Positions 60,783 through 64,000 of a stretch of DNA of 64,000 nt are shown here, piece by piece. The notes below the pieces were generated by a model. It saw nothing but the letters and a program-made list of their open reading frames with translations, was not told the origin of the DNA and made no database searches. The DNA is from Podarcis filfolensis (Eukaryota), in NCBI GenBank assembly GCA_964270895.1, contig OZ185437.1. One strand, 5' to 3'. How positions within the stretch are numbered: position 1 is the stretch's first letter; the number at the start of each line of letters is the position of its first letter. Made by a program: the position numbers and the translations under genes.

Positions 60783-61153
60783 GTAAGATGTTTTATACAA
60801 AGATATCATATATTTATGTTTAATATTATGCGAATGAAAAGGCACTGTCGGTGTGGCATTTTACATTTCAACTTTTCCCAAGTACTAAATGTGTTTCCCT
60901 ATCAAAATAACAGTAGGCACCGAATCCTTTGGGACAGAATTTCATGTTACAAAGATTACAAGGCGGCTGGTGAAACTCTAGTCCCATGCCCCCACCACAA
61001 TGTAGTTCCATATAACCTATACAAGGGCTGTTTTTTAGACAGAACTCACTGGAACTCAGCATGTAAAGCACTTTGAGCATTTGGGAAGAGTTCTGTACAA
61101 AATGATAGTTTTCTCCTTTTGTGATCCTTGTTCTTTGATTTTGTTTTTGGCAG

Positions 61154-61275
61154 GCTATCATGCACCACGAAGGCCATATGGATGATGGCCTAACATTGTC
61201 CAGATCTCAGCATGAAGAGTCACGTACTGCACGAGTAATTCGTAGTACCGTCTTCCTTTTCAACAGGTTCATAAG
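61154..61275 (+). CDS. RYR2: RYR2 exon 14 (122 nt) [40 protein letters not shown](R)
   Basis: tggcag acceptor and gtacat donor. Confidence 0.98.
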
Positions 61276-61646
61276 GTACATGGTTTGTTCTGGTTGAAAA
61301 CGAATACCTTAGCTAGGCCTTAGTACCTGTAAGTTAAACAAGCAAACATTCTTCCACTGTCTCCACTCCCCCCCCCCCCAATTCATCCGTTGACACCTCC
61401 TATATCAAATTTTAGACTGTTTCCCCCAGGGAACAATGACTTGTCCACTTGTCGCGCATAAAGCACAATGTATACCTATGACACTATGGCCTGGTTTATG
61501 AAATACTAAGCTATGGTTTATTTGATCATCCAAACAAGGCCTTGCAACATAAACATAGTTTATAAACCACCAACCAACCATGCTCATAAACCTTGGTTAA
61601 TGTTAACCATGGCTTAACTTTATGTGTATACCTGGCCTATCTAAAT

Positions 61647-61783
61647 TAGTGGTGACTAACCTTTGGCCCTCCAGATATGATTGAGTACAACTCCCATCAC
61701 CTGGCACTGTTGGGCATGCCGACTGGGACTGATGGGAGTTGGAGTCCAAGAGCATTTGTAGGGCCACAGGTTGGCCACCCCTC
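61647..61783. mobile_element. Older palindromic hAT MITE
   Basis: Decayed TIRs; TSD atctaaat / atttaaat. Confidence 0.7.
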
Positions 61784-62104
61784 ATTTAAATTGTCATTAC
61801 CATACTTACCCTAATGGGCAGCACAAGAAACACATGACAAAAATAAAACATAACATCTGTAGTATAAAAAGTTATGGGGTTTCAGCAGGAAGTTATGGGA
61901 TATGCACTGATTGGAAGTGAAGCAATGTGACTACTCTGAAACCTTTGTAGGCACAAACAGAATTGAAAGTGATATTGCGTTTGACTGCCCAAATAGCATC
62001 AAGAGCACACACAAAAATCATGAATGCGCAATAAATAGAACGTTTGGAGGGCTCCTCAGACTGGGAACATGTCATACTTAGAAGAGCTGTACAATTCATT
62101 TTAG

Positions 62105-62288
62105 GGGCCTTGATGATCTCAGCAAGAAAGCAAAGTCTTCCACAGTTGACTTACCCATTGAGTCAGTCAGCCTTAGCCTCCAGGACTTGATTGGATACTT
62201 CCATCCACCTGATGAGCATCTAGAGCACGAGGACAAGCAGAACCGCTTAAGAGCACTGAAGAATCGGCAGAATCTCTTCCAGGAAGAG
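62105..62288 (+). CDS. RYR2: RYR2 exon 15 (184 nt) (R)GLDDLSKKAKSSTVDLPIESVSLSLQDLIGYFHPPDEHLEHEDKQNRLRALKNRQNLFQEE
   Basis: ttttag acceptor and gtagca donor. Confidence 0.98.
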
Positions 62289-62694
62289 GTAGCAGTCTTG
62301 GTTTGCCTTTGGTGCATTACTTTTGGGACAGGTTAATAATTCTTTCAGCTTGACATAATGATTTGCATAAGGTTCTTTGAGTCAGGTTTTTGTTTGGTTG
62401 GAAACAAAACATGCTAGAAAGAGAAAATGTTTTGAAAAGTTTGTGGTTTTGTCTCCCCTTGTATTATGTGTGTTTTTGAAGGCAAACAACTTTAGGGGAA
62501 GATGTGTAGAAATTTATCTGGTCATCTAATTTTGCAAGTGTATGGAAGCCTCCTTGTTGGGTGACAGGAGAACTGCTTGCTAGTCTCGAAGAACAGTCAT
62601 AACACTAAATCATTTAGGATGTAGTCCTAAACCATAGTTTAGCATTCAGCAACAGTGAGCTTCAGGCTTGCACACTCACTATGCTTCAAATGAT

Positions 62695-62835
62695 AACTCT
62701 AGTTAATTAAGCTATGATTTGCTGAAATAAGTCAATATCATAAACTAGTTCTATCTTGGCTTCTTAACTGAAAACTCTAGTTAATTAAAGTATGATTTGT
62801 TGAAAGAAGTCAATATCATAAACTACCTTGGCTTG
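62695..62835 (+). repeat. Imperfect tandem duplication, period 78 bp
   Basis: aactctagttaattaa...gtcaatatcataaacta occurs at 62695 and 62773. Confidence 0.85.
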
Positions 62836-63694
62836 TTGCAGTCAGCTATAATTTATTTTAGCATTGACATACTGCTTAATCATTAGCATTTCTCAGCATT
62901 TATTAAACTAATCTCAGCGTGTCCTTTTCAAATGTAAGAATAAATCTCAGTTGGTAAGAACTAGAAACATACTCCTTGAAGCCATTCCAGGAGAGACTAG
63001 TGGGTAGTTTGAAACTGTGAGGCTCATTCATAGTGTTAAAGTATGCTTTAGTGCTTTAATGCAGAGGTGGCAGACCTGCAGCTCCCCATAGGTTGCTGGA
63101 CTAGAAGTCCCATCATCTAGGACCATTGGTGATGTCGGCTGGGGCTCATGAGACTTGATATCTGGCAGGCCACAGGTTACTCACCCAAACCAGACTTCTG
63201 TGAAAGAAAGCTTTTCCCCCAGAAAAAAATGGCTAATGCTTGCAAATGCATTATTCCCAAAAATGCAGTGATGCAGGGAGTGAGAGCTGTATCAAGCTTG
63301 AACAAATACAAGAATAAGAACTCTCCAGAGAAGGAATAAGCTTGGGATTCTCAAACAGGGCACATGTGGGCACCACAGTGGCCTTCGAAACCCCCTTAGC
63401 ACCCACCAAGGCCCTCCCATTTTTTTTTTTAAATAAGGTTTTGTGGCTTTTTAAAGTATTTTGTGGAGTTGCTTGTTTTTAGGGGTATAGCATGCTTTTT
63501 GGGTTTGTGTTTTTATTTATTTAGGGTGATGTCGGCATTTTGCCTGCTTTGGGGTGCACGTGTATATGCCTATATTGTTTTCTTTTTCCTTCTCTTTGGT
63601 TTTATTGTTTGTACCTACAAAGCTCATTGCAAGTTGTTTCCCCCCTGTTACAACAGCTTCTTATTATTTGAGATAAGCGCTATTTCTCTTGTAG

Positions 63695-63830
63695 GGTATG
63701 ATCAACTTGGTGCTTGAATGCATTGATCGCTTACATGTATACAGCAGTGCAGCTCATTTTGCTGATGTAGCTGGGAAGGAGGCGGGAGAGACTTGGAAAT
63801 CTATCCTAAACTCATTGTATGAATTACTAG
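63695..63830 (+). CDS. RYR2: RYR2 exon 16 (136 nt) [45 protein letters not shown](A)
   Basis: ttgtag acceptor and gtaaga donor; RIH domain sequence. Confidence 0.98.
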
Positions 63831-64000
63831 GTAAGATATGCATTTCAGAAATGGCGATTTTAGTTATCCAAATGCACACAAAAAATGCTAATGAAACCCC
63901 ATAGGGCTTCAACATCGTGCTATTACAGACATTTCATCTGTGCAAGCATTCCAGTTTACCAAATAGAATGATTCCCCTTCCCCATGTGTTCTGGGTTCTA

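Noticed and set aside
60624-61076. 150-aa ORF starting MDVGIRKD
   Set aside because: Only 60618-60782 is exon 13; the rest is intron read-through past a canonical donor.

Overview
Vertebrate genomic DNA from a squamate, most likely a lacertid lizard, judged from the Sauria SINEs and accompanying MITE families. The whole window lies inside one gene on the + strand, RYR2 (cardiac ryanodine receptor). I traced 15 consecutive GT-AG coding exons (exons 2-16; 120, 105, 21, 15, 75, 79, 113, 100, 97, 75, 157, 165, 122, 184 and 136 nt), which splice into one frame covering roughly residues 17-537 in human numbering. They include the two RyR2-specific microexons. Exon 1 and exons 17 onward lie outside the window. 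Almost all ORFs in the supplied track are spurious or repeat-derived. The introns hold many transposons with readable target-site duplications (TSDs): Sauria SINEs, Tigger/mariner-like and hAT MITEs, L2 and CR1 fragments, and solo LTRs. Two observations stand out. (1) Two copies of one solo-LTR family carry a reading frame running from the second LTR base to a shared stop, with a synonymous-biased Pro/Ser/Thr- then Arg/Lys-rich C-terminus; two other LTR-like elements show decayed versions of the same SPRT-x-R architecture, suggesting an LTR-encoded accessory protein. (2) A Penelope-like inverted repeat in intron 1 holds an intact minimal hammerhead ribozyme antisense to RYR2 and a core-mutated (G5A) copy on the sense strand. 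All alignments and counts were done by eye, no database search was run, and novelty is unverified.
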